A DNA stretch of 61,635 nt, filler included, from 5 parts of 5 records of this genome joined end to end with filler, not necessarily neighbours in it, one strand, 5' to 3'; counted from the first letter of the whole stretch, positions 40,928 to 50,806 are shown. Made by a program: numbers and translations. The notes: generated by a model from the sequence alone, not told the origin.

Positions 40928-41844
40928 GCCGTCCGCATCCCCATCCGTCGCAATGTCACCCGCTCCATTGCACTAAACAGCCCAACCAGCGCCGCCGCCG
41001 TCAAAGCGGCCGCAAACAGGGCCGCCCAGGACACAAGTGGTTGACCATATTGATCCCCCACCAGCATCCGCGCCCCAAAACCCGCCTTTGCCCCGGTGGG
41101 CAATTCCGCCACGATGGTCCCGATCAAAGATGCCGAAATCCCGATCTTGAGCGAGGCAAACAGATAGGGTGTCGAGGCGGGCAGCCTGAGCGCCCAAAAT
41201 CCCTGACGGTTCGATGCATGATAGGTACGCAACAGGTCCAACTGCATGGCATCCGGCGACCGCAATCCTTTCACCATCCCGACAACCACCGGGAAAAAGG
41301 ACAGGTAGGCAGCAATCAGCGACTTGGGAAACAATCCCTGTATTCCCATCGACCCCAGAACCACGATCACCATCGGGGCCAGCGCCAAAATCGGAATGGT
41401 CTGGCTGACAATCGCCCAAGGCATCACCGACCGGTCCATCACCCGCGAATAGACAATCCCAACCGCCAGCAAAATGCCGAGCCCCGTCCCGATGAAAAAC
41501 CCCAATAGGGTCGGTGCCAGCGTCACCCAGCCATGATAGACCAATGACCGTTTCGAGGTGATCTTCTTCTCGAAAATCGTGGCATACATCTCGCCCGCCA
41601 CCTGCTGTGGTGCCGGCAAACGGGGCCGCACGAAATCATAGGTCAGCGGCACCAGATGCAAATTGCGCAGGCTCAACCCAATCCCGCTATATTCTTGCCG
41701 TTCCACCGGTGTCTCTGGCGTCACAGACAGCCCATCACGCTGCGCCTGATCCGCAACCAGATGCATGTTCATTGGCACAACCGCCACCATCCAAAACAGC
41801 AGCACCGCCCCAACCACGGTCATCACCGGCAGTATCGATTTCAC
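40924..41844 (-). CDS. ABC transporter permease
   Basis: SQTIPILALAP, FFPVVVGMVKGL, LRLPASTPYLF; GTG start. Confidence 0.92.
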   Translation of the reverse strand: MKSILPVMTVVGAVLLFWMVAVVPMNMHLVADQAQRDGLSVTPETPVERQEYSGIGLSLRNLHLVPLTYDFVRPRLPAPQQVAGEMYATIFEKKITSKRSLVYHGWVTLAPTLLGFFIGTGLGILLAVGIVYSRVMDRSVMPWAIVSQTIPILALAPMVIVVLGSMGIQGLFPKSLIAAYLSFFPVVVGMVKGLRSPDAMQLDLLRTYHASNRQGFWALRLPASTPYLFASLKIGISASLIGTIVAELPTGAKAGFGARMLVGDQYGQPLVSWAALFAAALTAAALVGLFSAMERVTLRRMGMRTA

Positions 41845-41907
41845 AGAGTCCTCCCCAGCTTCATCTTGCCAACAAACTCATGCCCGCCTGCCCGGCAAAC
41901 GCCCTTC

Positions 41908-42732
41908 TCACTCATCCAGATGCCCCGCGCGCAACCCTTCGCGGACCCGATGGGCGATCTCCAGAAATTCCGGCGTGTCACGTATCTCCAACGGGCGCTC
42001 CTTTGGCAGGGTGCTTTCGATCACATCGGTGATCCGCCCCGGCCTTGGCGACATCACCACAATCTTGGTGCTCAGATACACCGCCTCGGGGATCGAATGG
42101 GTCACAAAGGCAATGGTCTTTTCCGTCCGCGCCCATAGCTTCAGCAGCTGTTCGTTCAAATGATCGCGCACAATCTCGTCCAGCGCCCCGAAAGGTTCAT
42201 CCATCAACAGGATATCCGCATCAAACGACAGCGCCCGCGCTATGCTTGCCCGCTGCTGCATCCCGCCGGACAATTGCCAGGGAAACTTGCGCTCGAACCC
42301 GGCCAGATCGACCAGCTCCAGCACCCGCTCGACCCGCCGGGCCTGCTCGTCCTTCGCGATCCCCATAATCTCCAGCGGCAACCGGATATTGCCCCCAATC
42401 GTGCGCCATGGGTAAAGCCCCGCCGCCTGAAACACATAGCCATAGGCGCGCGCCTTGCGGGCTTCCTCGGGGCTCACCCCATTCACTGTGACCCTGCCGC
42501 CCGTCGGCTGTTCCAGATCCGCCATCACCCGTAAAAACGTCGTCTTGCCACACCCCGAGGGCCCGATGAAACTGACAAAGTCACCGGCGTTGATGTCCAG
42601 ATTCACATCCTTCAACGCATGGATCGGCCCATCGCGGGTTTCAAAAGTCAAATCCAGACTGTCAGCCGAAATAACCGCCTTGGCTGTCGCTTTAGGGGTG
42701 ATCCCATCGGAGTTTCTATCTAAGGTTAGCAT
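41908..42732 (-). CDS. ABC transporter ATP-binding protein
   Basis: GPSGCGKT, LSGGMQQR, LLMDEPFGALD. Confidence 0.95.
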   Translation of the reverse strand: MLTLDRNSDGITPKATAKAVISADSLDLTFETRDGPIHALKDVNLDINAGDFVSFIGPSGCGKTTFLRVMADLEQPTGGRVTVNGVSPEEARKARAYGYVFQAAGLYPWRTIGGNIRLPLEIMGIAKDEQARRVERVLELVDLAGFERKFPWQLSGGMQQRASIARALSFDADILLMDEPFGALDEIVRDHLNEQLLKLWARTEKTIAFVTHSIPEAVYLSTKIVVMSPRPGRITDVIESTLPKERPLEIRDTPEFLEIAHRVREGLRAGHLDE

Positions 42733-42772
42733 TTCAATCCAATTTAACTTTTACTCTTAAGGAGTTTCTACT

Positions 42773-43186
42773 TTGTCTCAGCCTAAGACCCTACAATGTC
42801 GCAAAATACGCCCTGAAAACACCTATTCGGGCAAGCAAGGTTTTGACTATTTCGAAGGGATCGCCCGCGAAACAACGCAGTCACGGGCGATTTGCATGCA
42901 CCTTCTGACGATCCCCGCCGGAGCGAAAGCCAAGGCGCATAAGCACGCAACACATGAGACCGCAATCTATATGCTCGAAGGCAAGGTTGAGATGTACTGG
43001 GGCCAGGATCTCGAAAACCACATGAAGGCCGAAGCCGGTGATCTGATCTATATCCCCGCAGATACCCCCCATTTACCAATGAACCTGACTGACGCACCAG
43101 CCCGCGCAGTGATTTCCCGCACCGACCCGCACGAACAGGAAAGCGTTGTTCTGACACCAGAGCTGGAAGAACGGGTCCCAAGCTAA
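42773..43186 (+). CDS. Cupin-domain protein
   Basis: AHKHATHETAIYMLEG and GDLIYIPADTPH cupin motifs; TTG start with AAGGAG RBS. Confidence 0.88.
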   Translation: MSQPKTLQCRKIRPENTYSGKQGFDYFEGIARETTQSRAICMHLLTIPAGAKAKAHKHATHETAIYMLEGKVEMYWGQDLENHMKAEAGDLIYIPADTPHLPMNLTDAPARAVISRTDPHEQESVVLTPELEERVPS

Positions 43187-44647
43187 CTAGATCCCCGCCG
43201 GAATATTCAGCGGATCGCGCTTGATCATCTTCGGACTGGTCAGCGCCTTCCATTTCGACAGAGCCAGGTTTGCACTGGGAAAGGCCGGACGCGGGATAAA
43301 CTTGCCGCGCCCCGGCTGCGGCTGCGAATTCTGCCCCCAGGCCCAGATCACATCGCCCCGGCTCAAAGTATAGCGCGCATTCGCTGTCACCTCGAAGCCT
43401 TCAAACACATTGTAATCCAAAATCGAATGGTGGTTCGCAGGCGAGATCGTCTTGGTGATCTTCGGATCCCACACCACGATATCCGCATCCGCCCCTTCAA
43501 CAATCGCACCCTTGCGCGGATAGATGTTCAGGATCTTCGCCACATTGGTCGAGGTCGCCGCAACAAATTCATTCGGCGTCAGACGCCCGGTCTCAACCCC
43601 TTCAGTCCACAGCACGCTCAACCGCTCTTCCAACCCATTGGACCCGTTGGGAATGATCCGGAAATCATCCCGCCCCGCCCGTTTCTGCTCGGTATTGAAC
43701 GCCGCATGATCTGTTGCCACCACCTGCAAGGACCCCGCCTGCAAGCCCGCCCAAAGCGAATCCTGATGATCCTTTGACCGGAACGGCGGTGACATCACCC
43801 GGCGCGCCGCATGGTCCCAATCCTTGTTGAAATACTCGCTCTCATCCAAGGTCAGAAACTGGATCAACGGCTCACCATAGACCCGCATGCCCTTTTGCCG
43901 CGCACGACGAATGGCCTCATGGGTCTGCTCACAGGACACATGCACGATATACAATGGAACTCCTGCGGTATCGGCAATGGTGATCGCCCGGTTCGCCGCC
44001 TCGCCTTCCAATTCCGGCGGCCTCGAATAGGCATGTCCCTCCGGCCCGGTGATCCCCTGATCAAAATACTTCTGCTGAAGCTCCGCCACCAGATCACCGT
44101 TTTCCGCATGTACCATCGGCAGCGCACCCAGTTCGGCGCAGCGCTTGAACGACGCAAACATCTCGTCATCTTCAATCATCAATGCGCCCTTATAGGCCAT
44201 GAAATGCTTGAAGGAATTGACGCCCATATCCACGGCGTCTTTCATTTCGTTAAAGACATTCTCGTCCCAACCGGTGATCGCCATATGATAGCCAACGTCG
44301 GAACAAATCTGCGGCGCGGACTTGCGGTGCCATTCATTGATCGCATTCTTGATGCTGCCATCCGCCCCCGGCAGACAGAAATCCACCACCATGGTGGTCC
44401 CGCCACAGGCCGCCGCCCATGTGCCGGTTTCGAATGTCTCTGCGGCGGTGGTCCCCATGAACGGCATTTCCAGATGGGTATGCGGATCAATCCCGCCGGG
44501 GATCACATAGGCACCCTCGGCGTCAATATATTCATCGCCCTTCAGATCCTCCCCGATCTGAACAATCTTCTCCCCCTCGATTAGCACATCGGCCTTCCAC
44601 GTCCGGTCCGCCGTACACACCTGCCCGCCTTTGATCACCTTGCTCAT
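43187..44647 (-). CDS. hydA: Dihydropyrimidinase
   Basis: PGGIDPHTH, SFKHFMAYKG, VHAENG, VMSPPFR, ATDH, IPNGSNG. Confidence 0.95.
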   Translation of the reverse strand: MSKVIKGGQVCTADRTWKADVLIEGEKIVQIGEDLKGDEYIDAEGAYVIPGGIDPHTHLEMPFMGTTAAETFETGTWAAACGGTTMVVDFCLPGADGSIKNAINEWHRKSAPQICSDVGYHMAITGWDENVFNEMKDAVDMGVNSFKHFMAYKGALMIEDDEMFASFKRCAELGALPMVHAENGDLVAELQQKYFDQGITGPEGHAYSRPPELEGEAANRAITIADTAGVPLYIVHVSCEQTHEAIRRARQKGMRVYGEPLIQFLTLDESEYFNKDWDHAARRVMSPPFRSKDHQDSLWAGLQAGSLQVVATDHAAFNTEQKRAGRDDFRIIPNGSNGLEERLSVLWTEGVETGRLTPNEFVAATSTNVAKILNIYPRKGAIVEGADADIVVWDPKITKTISPANHHSILDYNVFEGFEVTANARYTLSRGDVIWAWGQNSQPQPGRGKFIPRPAFPSANLALSKWKALTSPKMIKRDPLNIPAGI

Positions 44648-44661
44648 CGTCTGTCTCCCAT

Positions 44662-44705
44662 CTTCATCTTGCCTTTAACCTCCGGGGTCTGGGGCAGCGC
44701 CCCAG
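44662..44705. repeat. Short intergenic repeat element with hairpin (12-bp core also at 41859-41870)
   Basis: CTTCATCTTGCC at 44662 and 41859; CTGGGGC-A-GCGCCCCAG hairpin in the 44662 copy. Confidence 0.55.
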
Positions 44706-44783
44706 TCAACCTCTCAAAGCCAGACCGCCCTCTCCGAAAGCGCAAGAATTTTCAAATTCTAGTGAAACCTCATGCAAGAGGAT

Positions 44784-46034
44784 TCACCCCACAACCTCCG
44801 CCGTCTCCACAACCGCATGCATCAGCACATCTGTGCCCGCCTGCGCCCACTCCTTGGAAATCTCTTCCGCCTCATTATGGCTTAGCCCGTCCACACAAGG
44901 GCACATTACCATTGCCGTCGGGGCCACGCGGTTGATCCAGCAGGCATCATGCCCCGCCCCGGAAATCAGGTTCATATGGGAATACCCCAAGCGTTCCGCC
45001 GCATCCCGCACCGCGCACACACAGCTCTCGTCAAAAGCGACCGGATCAAATCCGCCAACCTTTTCAAACGCGATCTCCATCCCCATATCATCGGCAATCT
45101 TCTGCCCCTCGACACGCAGCCGCGCTTCCATATCTTCGATCACCGCCAACTCGGGCGATCGGAAATCAACCGTAAACACCACCTTGCCGGGGATCACATT
45201 GCGCGAGTTCGGATAAACATCGATATGCCCCGCCGCCCCCACCGCATGGGGCGCATGGCTCCAGGCGATCTCCTCGACCTTCTCCAGGATCCGCGCCATA
45301 CCCAACCCTGCATTCTTGCGCAGCGGCATCGGCGTTGATCCGGTGTGACTGTCCTTGCCTGTCACGGTCACTTGCGTCCAGCTCAACCCCTGACCATGGG
45401 TGACCACGCCAATGTCTTTGCCCTCGGCCTCCAAAATCGGCCCCTGTTCGATATGTAGCTCAAAGAAGGCATGCATCTTGCGCGCGCCTACCTCTTCTTC
45501 CCCGCGCCAACCGATCCGCTTCAGCTCGTCACCGAACGTCTTGCCCTCGGCATCCACCCGGTCATATGCCCAATCCTGCGTATGGATTCCCGCAAACACC
45601 CCCGACGACAGCATCGCCGGCGCATATCGCGTGCCCTCTTCATTGGTGAAATTGGTCGCCACAATCGGATGTTTGGTGTTCACCCCCAGATCATTCAGGG
45701 TGCGGATAATCTCCAGCCCCGCCAGCACACCCAGCACCCCGTCATATTTCCCGCCCGTCGGCTGGGTATCCAGATGTGAGCCCACATAAACCGGCAGGGC
45801 ATCCGGGTCGGTGCCTTCGCGGCGCGCAAACATATTGCCCATCTGGTCCAGCCCCATGCTGCACCCCGCCTCTTCACACCACCTTTGAAACAAGGCGCGG
45901 CCTTCACCGTCTTCATCGGTCAGAGTTTGGCGGTTGTTACCCCCCGCCACGCCGGGCCCGATCTTGGCCATCTCCATCAAGCTGTCCCACAAGCGGTCGG
46001 GATTGATCTTGAGGTTCTCTCCAGGTGCGGGCAT
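44784..46034 (-). CDS. pydC: Zn-dependent N-carbamoyl-beta-alanine amidohydrolase (beta-ureidopropionase, M20)
   Basis: GSHLDTQPTGGKYDGVLGVL, NEEG, ELHIEQGP, SGAGHDA; context of pyd cluster. Confidence 0.85.
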   Translation of the reverse strand: MPAPGENLKINPDRLWDSLMEMAKIGPGVAGGNNRQTLTDEDGEGRALFQRWCEEAGCSMGLDQMGNMFARREGTDPDALPVYVGSHLDTQPTGGKYDGVLGVLAGLEIIRTLNDLGVNTKHPIVATNFTNEEGTRYAPAMLSSGVFAGIHTQDWAYDRVDAEGKTFGDELKRIGWRGEEEVGARKMHAFFELHIEQGPILEAEGKDIGVVTHGQGLSWTQVTVTGKDSHTGSTPMPLRKNAGLGMARILEKVEEIAWSHAPHAVGAAGHIDVYPNSRNVIPGKVVFTVDFRSPELAVIEDMEARLRVEGQKIADDMGMEIAFEKVGGFDPVAFDESCVCAVRDAAERLGYSHMNLISGAGHDACWINRVAPTAMVMCPCVDGLSHNEAEEISKEWAQAGTDVLMHAVVETAEVVG

Positions 46035-46069
46035 TGCTGGCTCCTTTGGCTGGCGTGGGCACGATAAAT

Positions 46070-46085
46070 TTTACCATTTGGTAAA
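46070..46085. promoter_or_regulatory. RutR/PydR-type operator
   Basis: TTTACCA-TT-TGGTAAA palindrome, similar to RutR box TTGACCAnnTGGTCAA. Confidence 0.8.
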
Positions 46086-46189
46086 GACACGATTGCGGTT
46101 AGACTTGCCTCTGTCAAGAACTGCTTTAGGGACACTTGCGCCACTGATAGGTAAATGCATAGATTTCAGGCAACTGTGGGGGAACGCCA

Positions 46190-46807
46190 ATGCCAAAGGA
46201 TGCCGAGAAGAAGCCAAGCCGCATCCAGCAGCGCAACCGACGTGTCATCCTTGATGCCGCATTGGATGTATTTTCCCGCCACGGCTATCGCGGGGCCACG
46301 TTGGACCAGATCGCAGCGCAAGCAGGACTCAGCAAACCCAACATCCTCTATTATTTCGACGGCAAGGAAAGCATCCATGTCACCCTGTTGAACCAGCTGA
46401 TGAAAAACTGGCTGGATCCACTGGTCAAGATGGACCCAACTGGTGATCCGGTTGAGGAAATCATGGGATATGTGCACCGCAAATTAGATATGACACAGGA
46501 ATTCCCCCGCGAAAGCCGCCTCTTTGCGGGCGAAATTCTGCAAGGGGCACCGCGCATGCGCCCTGAACTTGAAACCAACCTCAAACCCCTATTCGATGAA
46601 AAATGCGCTCTGATCCAGAACTGGATCGATCAGGGCCGCCTGCCCCCGCTCGACCCGCGCCATCTGATCTTCTCGATCTGGTCCAGCACCCAGCATTATG
46701 CCGATTTCGAAGCACAGGTCAGCTTGCTTCTGGGCGAGGGTGACGCCCCTTTTGCCGGGGCTGCCGCGCATCTGGACACGATGTTTCGCAGGCTGCTGCG
46801 CGGGTAA
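46190..46807 (+). CDS. rutR: TetR-family regulator, RutR/PydR-like
   Basis: TetR HTH plus PRESRLFAGEILQGAP and IWSSTQHYADF motifs. Confidence 0.85.
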   Translation: MPKDAEKKPSRIQQRNRRVILDAALDVFSRHGYRGATLDQIAAQAGLSKPNILYYFDGKESIHVTLLNQLMKNWLDPLVKMDPTGDPVEEIMGYVHRKLDMTQEFPRESRLFAGEILQGAPRMRPELETNLKPLFDEKCALIQNWIDQGRLPPLDPRHLIFSIWSSTQHYADFEAQVSLLLGEGDAPFAGAAAHLDTMFRRLLRG

Positions 46808-46941
46808 TCACCCCCCCTCCACGCTCTTTACAGGTCATTCACCATCTTTGCGATTTGAGGTTGGTGTTAAGCATTCGTTTAGGAAAATCCCTGAAACTTC
46901 ACATGGGTGGCGGGCTCCAGACTTCAAAATTGGAGCTTCCA

Positions 46942-47331
46942 ATGAGTTCGATATTACTAAGCAATCCGTTCCCTACCGCTCCTGCGGCATCGGCCCTGCC
47001 TGCCGAAGCCCCGGCAGCAGCGGCACCGATCGCTGCGGTTCCAACTGGCGGTTCTTCAGAGTCTTCCGGCAATGCAACCTCGTTCAGCGGCTCGGGTGCA
47101 GGGTCCAGCCGTCAGGCGCAGAATGTTGCTCTGTTTCAGTCCAAAGGCAGCGCAAAATGGGCGCAACCCGCAAAAGCAACCGGCGGCTCTGTGATCAACG
47201 CACAGACGCAGGTTGACGGGGAACGGGAAAGCCCCATCAAACTGCCCCTCGGGCCGGATTTGCCAGCGGTTGAAATGCCTGACCCTTTGCCGACTTCCCC
47301 GTTCCTGAAATCAAACGCAGACGTCGCTTAG
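46942..47331 (+). CDS. Hypothetical Ala/Ser/Pro/Gly-rich protein
   Basis: 129-aa ORF with GGAG RBS filling the gap between rutR and preA. Confidence 0.6.
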   Translation: MSSILLSNPFPTAPAASALPAEAPAAAAPIAAVPTGGSSESSGNATSFSGSGAGSSRQAQNVALFQSKGSAKWAQPAKATGGSVINAQTQVDGERESPIKLPLGPDLPAVEMPDPLPTSPFLKSNADVA

Positions 47332-47345
47332 GGTCAGGCCAAAGG

Positions 47346-48647
47346 TTACTCCGCAGCAGACACCGACGGATTGTTGGGATGCGTTGTCCAGTTGGCGTAT
47401 TCCTGCTGGACCACCTTTCCGGTACGCGGGTCAGTTGCGCCCGGCGTCATTGCCTCCATCGTGATACAATCCTCAACCGGGCAAACATTCACACAAAGGT
47501 TGCAGGCCACGCATTCGTCATCGATCACACTAAATGTGCGGTCTTCGGTCATGGCAATCGCCTGATGGCTGGTGTCCTCGCAGGCGGCAAAGCACCGCCC
47601 GCAGGAAATGCACAGATCCTGATTGATCACCGCCTTGGCCACGTAATTCAGGTTCAGCTGGTTCCAGTCGGTGACATTCGGCACCGCGCGACCAACAATT
47701 TCATCTACCGATGTCATGCCCTTATCGTCCATATATTCGGACAAACCGCTGATCATTTCCTCAACGATCTTAAAGCCATAGGTCATTACCGCCGTACAGA
47801 CCTGCACATTGCCCGCACCCAGCGCCATGAACTCCGCCGCGTCGCGCCAGTTGGTCACCCCGCCAATCCCGCTGATCGGCAGGCCCTGCAATTCCGCATC
47901 CCGCGCAATTTCCGCCACCATGTTCAGCGCAATCGGTTTCACCGCCGGCCCGCAATAGCCACCATGCGCGCCCTTGCCGTCAATCGTCGGCTCTGGCGCA
48001 AACAGATCAAGGTCCACACTGGTGATCGAATTGATGGTGTTGATCAGCGAAACCGCATCCGCGCCTCCCGCCAGCGCTGCCGCTGCCGGTTTGCGCACAT
48101 CGGTGATATTCGGTGTCAGTTTGACAATCACCGGCATCCGCGTGTGCGACTTCACCCAGCGCGTCACCATTTCAATATATTCCGGCACCTGCCCTACCGC
48201 CGCGCCCATGCCGCGCTCTGACATCCCGTGCGGGCAACCAAAGTTCAGCTCGACCCCATCCGCGCCGGTCTCTTCCACCTGCGGCAAGATAAATTTCCAC
48301 GGCTCTTCCTCGCAAGGCACCATCAAGGAGACAATCATCGCCCGATCAGGATAGTCACGTTTCACCAGTTTAATCTCGTCCAGATTGGTCTGCAACGGGC
48401 GGTCGGTGATCAACTCGATGTTGTTCAATCCCAGCAATCGCCGGTCCGCCCCGTAAATCGCACCATAGCGTGGCCCGTTCACATTCACCACATGCGGGTC
48501 CAGCCCCAGTGTTTTCCACACCACACCGCCCCATCCGGCATCAAAGGCGCGGCGCACATTGTATTCCTTGTCCGTCGGCGGCGCAGAGGCCAGCCAGAAC
48601 GGGTTGGGGGATTTGATCCCGATGAAGTTGCTTGTCAGATCAGCCAT
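47346..48647 (-). CDS. preA: NAD-dependent dihydropyrimidine dehydrogenase subunit PreA
   Basis: NPFWLASAPP, ELNFGCPHGM, KLTPN, C-terminal 2x[4Fe-4S] motifs. Confidence 0.95.
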   Translation of the reverse strand: MADLTSNFIGIKSPNPFWLASAPPTDKEYNVRRAFDAGWGGVVWKTLGLDPHVVNVNGPRYGAIYGADRRLLGLNNIELITDRPLQTNLDEIKLVKRDYPDRAMIVSLMVPCEEEPWKFILPQVEETGADGVELNFGCPHGMSERGMGAAVGQVPEYIEMVTRWVKSHTRMPVIVKLTPNITDVRKPAAAALAGGADAVSLINTINSITSVDLDLFAPEPTIDGKGAHGGYCGPAVKPIALNMVAEIARDAELQGLPISGIGGVTNWRDAAEFMALGAGNVQVCTAVMTYGFKIVEEMISGLSEYMDDKGMTSVDEIVGRAVPNVTDWNQLNLNYVAKAVINQDLCISCGRCFAACEDTSHQAIAMTEDRTFSVIDDECVACNLCVNVCPVEDCITMEAMTPGATDPRTGKVVQQEYANWTTHPNNPSVSAAE

Positions 48648-48658
48648 ATCTCTCTCCC

Positions 48659-49981
48659 CTACGCGCTCAACACTGCGTGAATATCCATCGCCGCATCACG
48701 GCCCTCGGCCACCGCCGTCACGGTCAGATCGTCGCCACCACTGGCGCAATCCCCACCAGCCCAGATGCCTTTCACCGAAGTTTGCCCCGTTTCGGAAACC
48801 TTGATCTTGCGCCCCTCCAGCGCTGGCAGGCCCTCACCTTGCAAGGTCTGGCCAATCGCCTTGAACACCTGATCCGCTGGCAGGCGTAGCATCTGCCCCG
48901 TGCCCTTCATCGCATCATCAACATATTCAAATTCAATCTCGCGCACCGCGCCATTGCCATGCACCGCCACCGGCACCGCATGGGTCACGATCCGCACACC
49001 CTTGCTGGCGGCCAGATCCTGTTCAAACACGCTTGCGTTCATCCGGTCGCGCCCACGCCGGTACACCAGCGTCACGTTCAACGCGCCCAACAGCCTGGCC
49101 TGGACAGCCGCATCCACCGCCGTCATCCCACCGCCGATCACCACAACGTCGCGCCCGATGGGCACGCTTGCCACATCACTCGCCTGTCGCAGCTCTGCAA
49201 TGAAATCCACCGCATCCAGCACACCGGCCTTATCCTCACCATCCGCGCCCAGCGCATTGACACCGCCCAGCCCCATACCAAGGAAAACCGCGTCATACTC
49301 GGCCTGCAACCCGTCCAGCGCCACACCATCGCCCAGCGCCACACCATATTGCATGGTGATTCCGCCGATTTTCAGCAGCCATTCCACCTCATCCTGTGCG
49401 AACCCGCCCGTGGTCTTGTAGGTCGCAATGCCATATTCGTTCAGCCCGCCGGGCTTGGCAGCGGCGTCCATCACCACCACATCATGCCCCAGCATCGCCA
49501 GACGGTGTGCACAGGACAATCCCGCTGGCCCTGCGCCCACCACGGCAACCGTCTTGCCCGTGGCTGCCGCCCGCGTGAAGGGATGCACACCCTGTTCCTG
49601 CAGATGGTCGGTTGCATAGCGCTGCAATTGCCCGATCAACACCGGCTTGCCCTCTGCCGCCTCGCGCACACAGGCTTCCTCACACAGGGTCTCGGTCGGG
49701 CAAACCCGCGCGCACATGCCGCCCATGATGTTCTGGGTCAGGATTGTTTTCGCTGCCGCATCCGGTGTGCCCGTGGCAATCTGGCGAATGAACAAGGGAA
49801 TATCGATGTCCGTGGGACAGGCTGTGATGCAGGGCGCATCATGACAAAAGTAACAACGATCTGCCGCCACCAGAGCCTCATGCGGGTCCAGTCGCGGATG
49901 CAGATCCGAGAAATGCGCGTCATAGCTGTCAGGGTCCAAACGCCCCGCGACAATACCTTCTTGAAAAACGTCTGATCCCAT
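48659..49981 (-). CDS. preT: Dihydropyrimidine dehydrogenase subunit PreT (GltD-like)
   Basis: RCYFCHDAPC..ACP, CARVCP...CEEAC, GAGPAGL, IGGGMTAVD. Confidence 0.9.
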   Translation of the reverse strand: MGSDVFQEGIVAGRLDPDSYDAHFSDLHPRLDPHEALVAADRCYFCHDAPCITACPTDIDIPLFIRQIATGTPDAAAKTILTQNIMGGMCARVCPTETLCEEACVREAAEGKPVLIGQLQRYATDHLQEQGVHPFTRAAATGKTVAVVGAGPAGLSCAHRLAMLGHDVVVMDAAAKPGGLNEYGIATYKTTGGFAQDEVEWLLKIGGITMQYGVALGDGVALDGLQAEYDAVFLGMGLGGVNALGADGEDKAGVLDAVDFIAELRQASDVASVPIGRDVVVIGGGMTAVDAAVQARLLGALNVTLVYRRGRDRMNASVFEQDLAASKGVRIVTHAVPVAVHGNGAVREIEFEYVDDAMKGTGQMLRLPADQVFKAIGQTLQGEGLPALEGRKIKVSETGQTSVKGIWAGGDCASGGDDLTVTAVAEGRDAAMDIHAVLSA

Positions 49982-50036
49982 CTGGCTCACCCTATTGCTT
50001 GCTGGATACGGGAAAACGCTCACACGGAATGATTTT

Positions 50037-50052
50037 TTTATCAACTGGTAAA
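50037..50052. promoter_or_regulatory. Second RutR/PydR-type operator upstream of preT
   Basis: TTTATCA-AC-TGGTAAA, one arm mismatch versus the box at 46070. Confidence 0.7.
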
Positions 50053-50101
50053 ATTATTTCGAGCGATAAATTTTACCTCCCATTGGGCCACATTGGCGCA
50101 A

Positions 50102-50758
50102 TCAGCCTATTATTTCATCAATCAATGCCAGAACTTTTGGCCCAACCTGTGCCACGATCAATGCCACACCTTTCGCATTGGGATGCACCCCATCCGCCTG
50201 AAAATATGCCTGCAAACTCAACGGGTTGGTGATGTCGCCTACTTCGCTCATCCCGGCAAAGAAACTTTCCAGAAAACCGCTGCCGTATTCTTTCGCCAGC
50301 TCGGGATAGATCGCATCAAACTGCGATTTATAGGCGGGGCCGAAATTTCCCGGTGCCTGCATGCCGATCAACAAAACCTCGACCGCAGCTGCCTCGGCAG
50401 CCTGCAAAATCCCGTCAATGTTGCTGCGCGCCTGCTCCGGTCCCAATCCGCGCAGCAGGTCATTGCCCCCCAACGCCACGATCATCCCGTCCACTTCTGG
50501 CGTCAATGTCCAGGCCACCCGCGACAAGCCACCCGCCGTGGTATCCCCCGACACCCCTGCGTTGATCAGCCGCACTTCTGCCCCCTGCGCATCCAGCCAT
50601 GCCTGTAACTGCGGAACAAACCCTTGTTCTGCGGGCAATCCATAGCCTTGGGTCAGGCTGTCCCCAAGGGCGGCAATCACCACTTCCTCGGCCAATGCGG
50701 CCCCCGCCTGCCCCAGTCCTGCCAAAATGAAAACAATCCCTGCCAACGCCTTGCGCAT
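50102..50758 (-). CDS. Arylesterase / GDSL-SGNH hydrolase (TesA-like); start uncertain
   Basis: GDSLTQGYGL, NAGVSGDTT, GGND, DGVHPN; signal peptide. Confidence 0.9.
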   Translation of the reverse strand: MRKALAGIVFILAGLGQAGAALAEEVVIAALGDSLTQGYGLPAEQGFVPQLQAWLDAQGAEVRLINAGVSGDTTAGGLSRVAWTLTPEVDGMIVALGGNDLLRGLGPEQARSNIDGILQAAEAAAVEVLLIGMQAPGNFGPAYKSQFDAIYPELAKEYGSGFLESFFAGMSEVGDITNPLSLQAYFQADGVHPNAKGVALIVAQVGPKVLALIDEIIG

Positions 50759-50806
50759 CTGCCGTAAACCTCCATATCCAAAGGAACCCAAAAACAAAGG
50801 CCGCCC

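Noticed and set aside
47379-49975. Long plus-strand ORFs (280 and 338 aa) opposite preA/preT, and similar ones opposite hydA, ybbP and gcvP
   Set aside because: Shadow ORFs expected from GC-rich codon usage; no recognisable motifs
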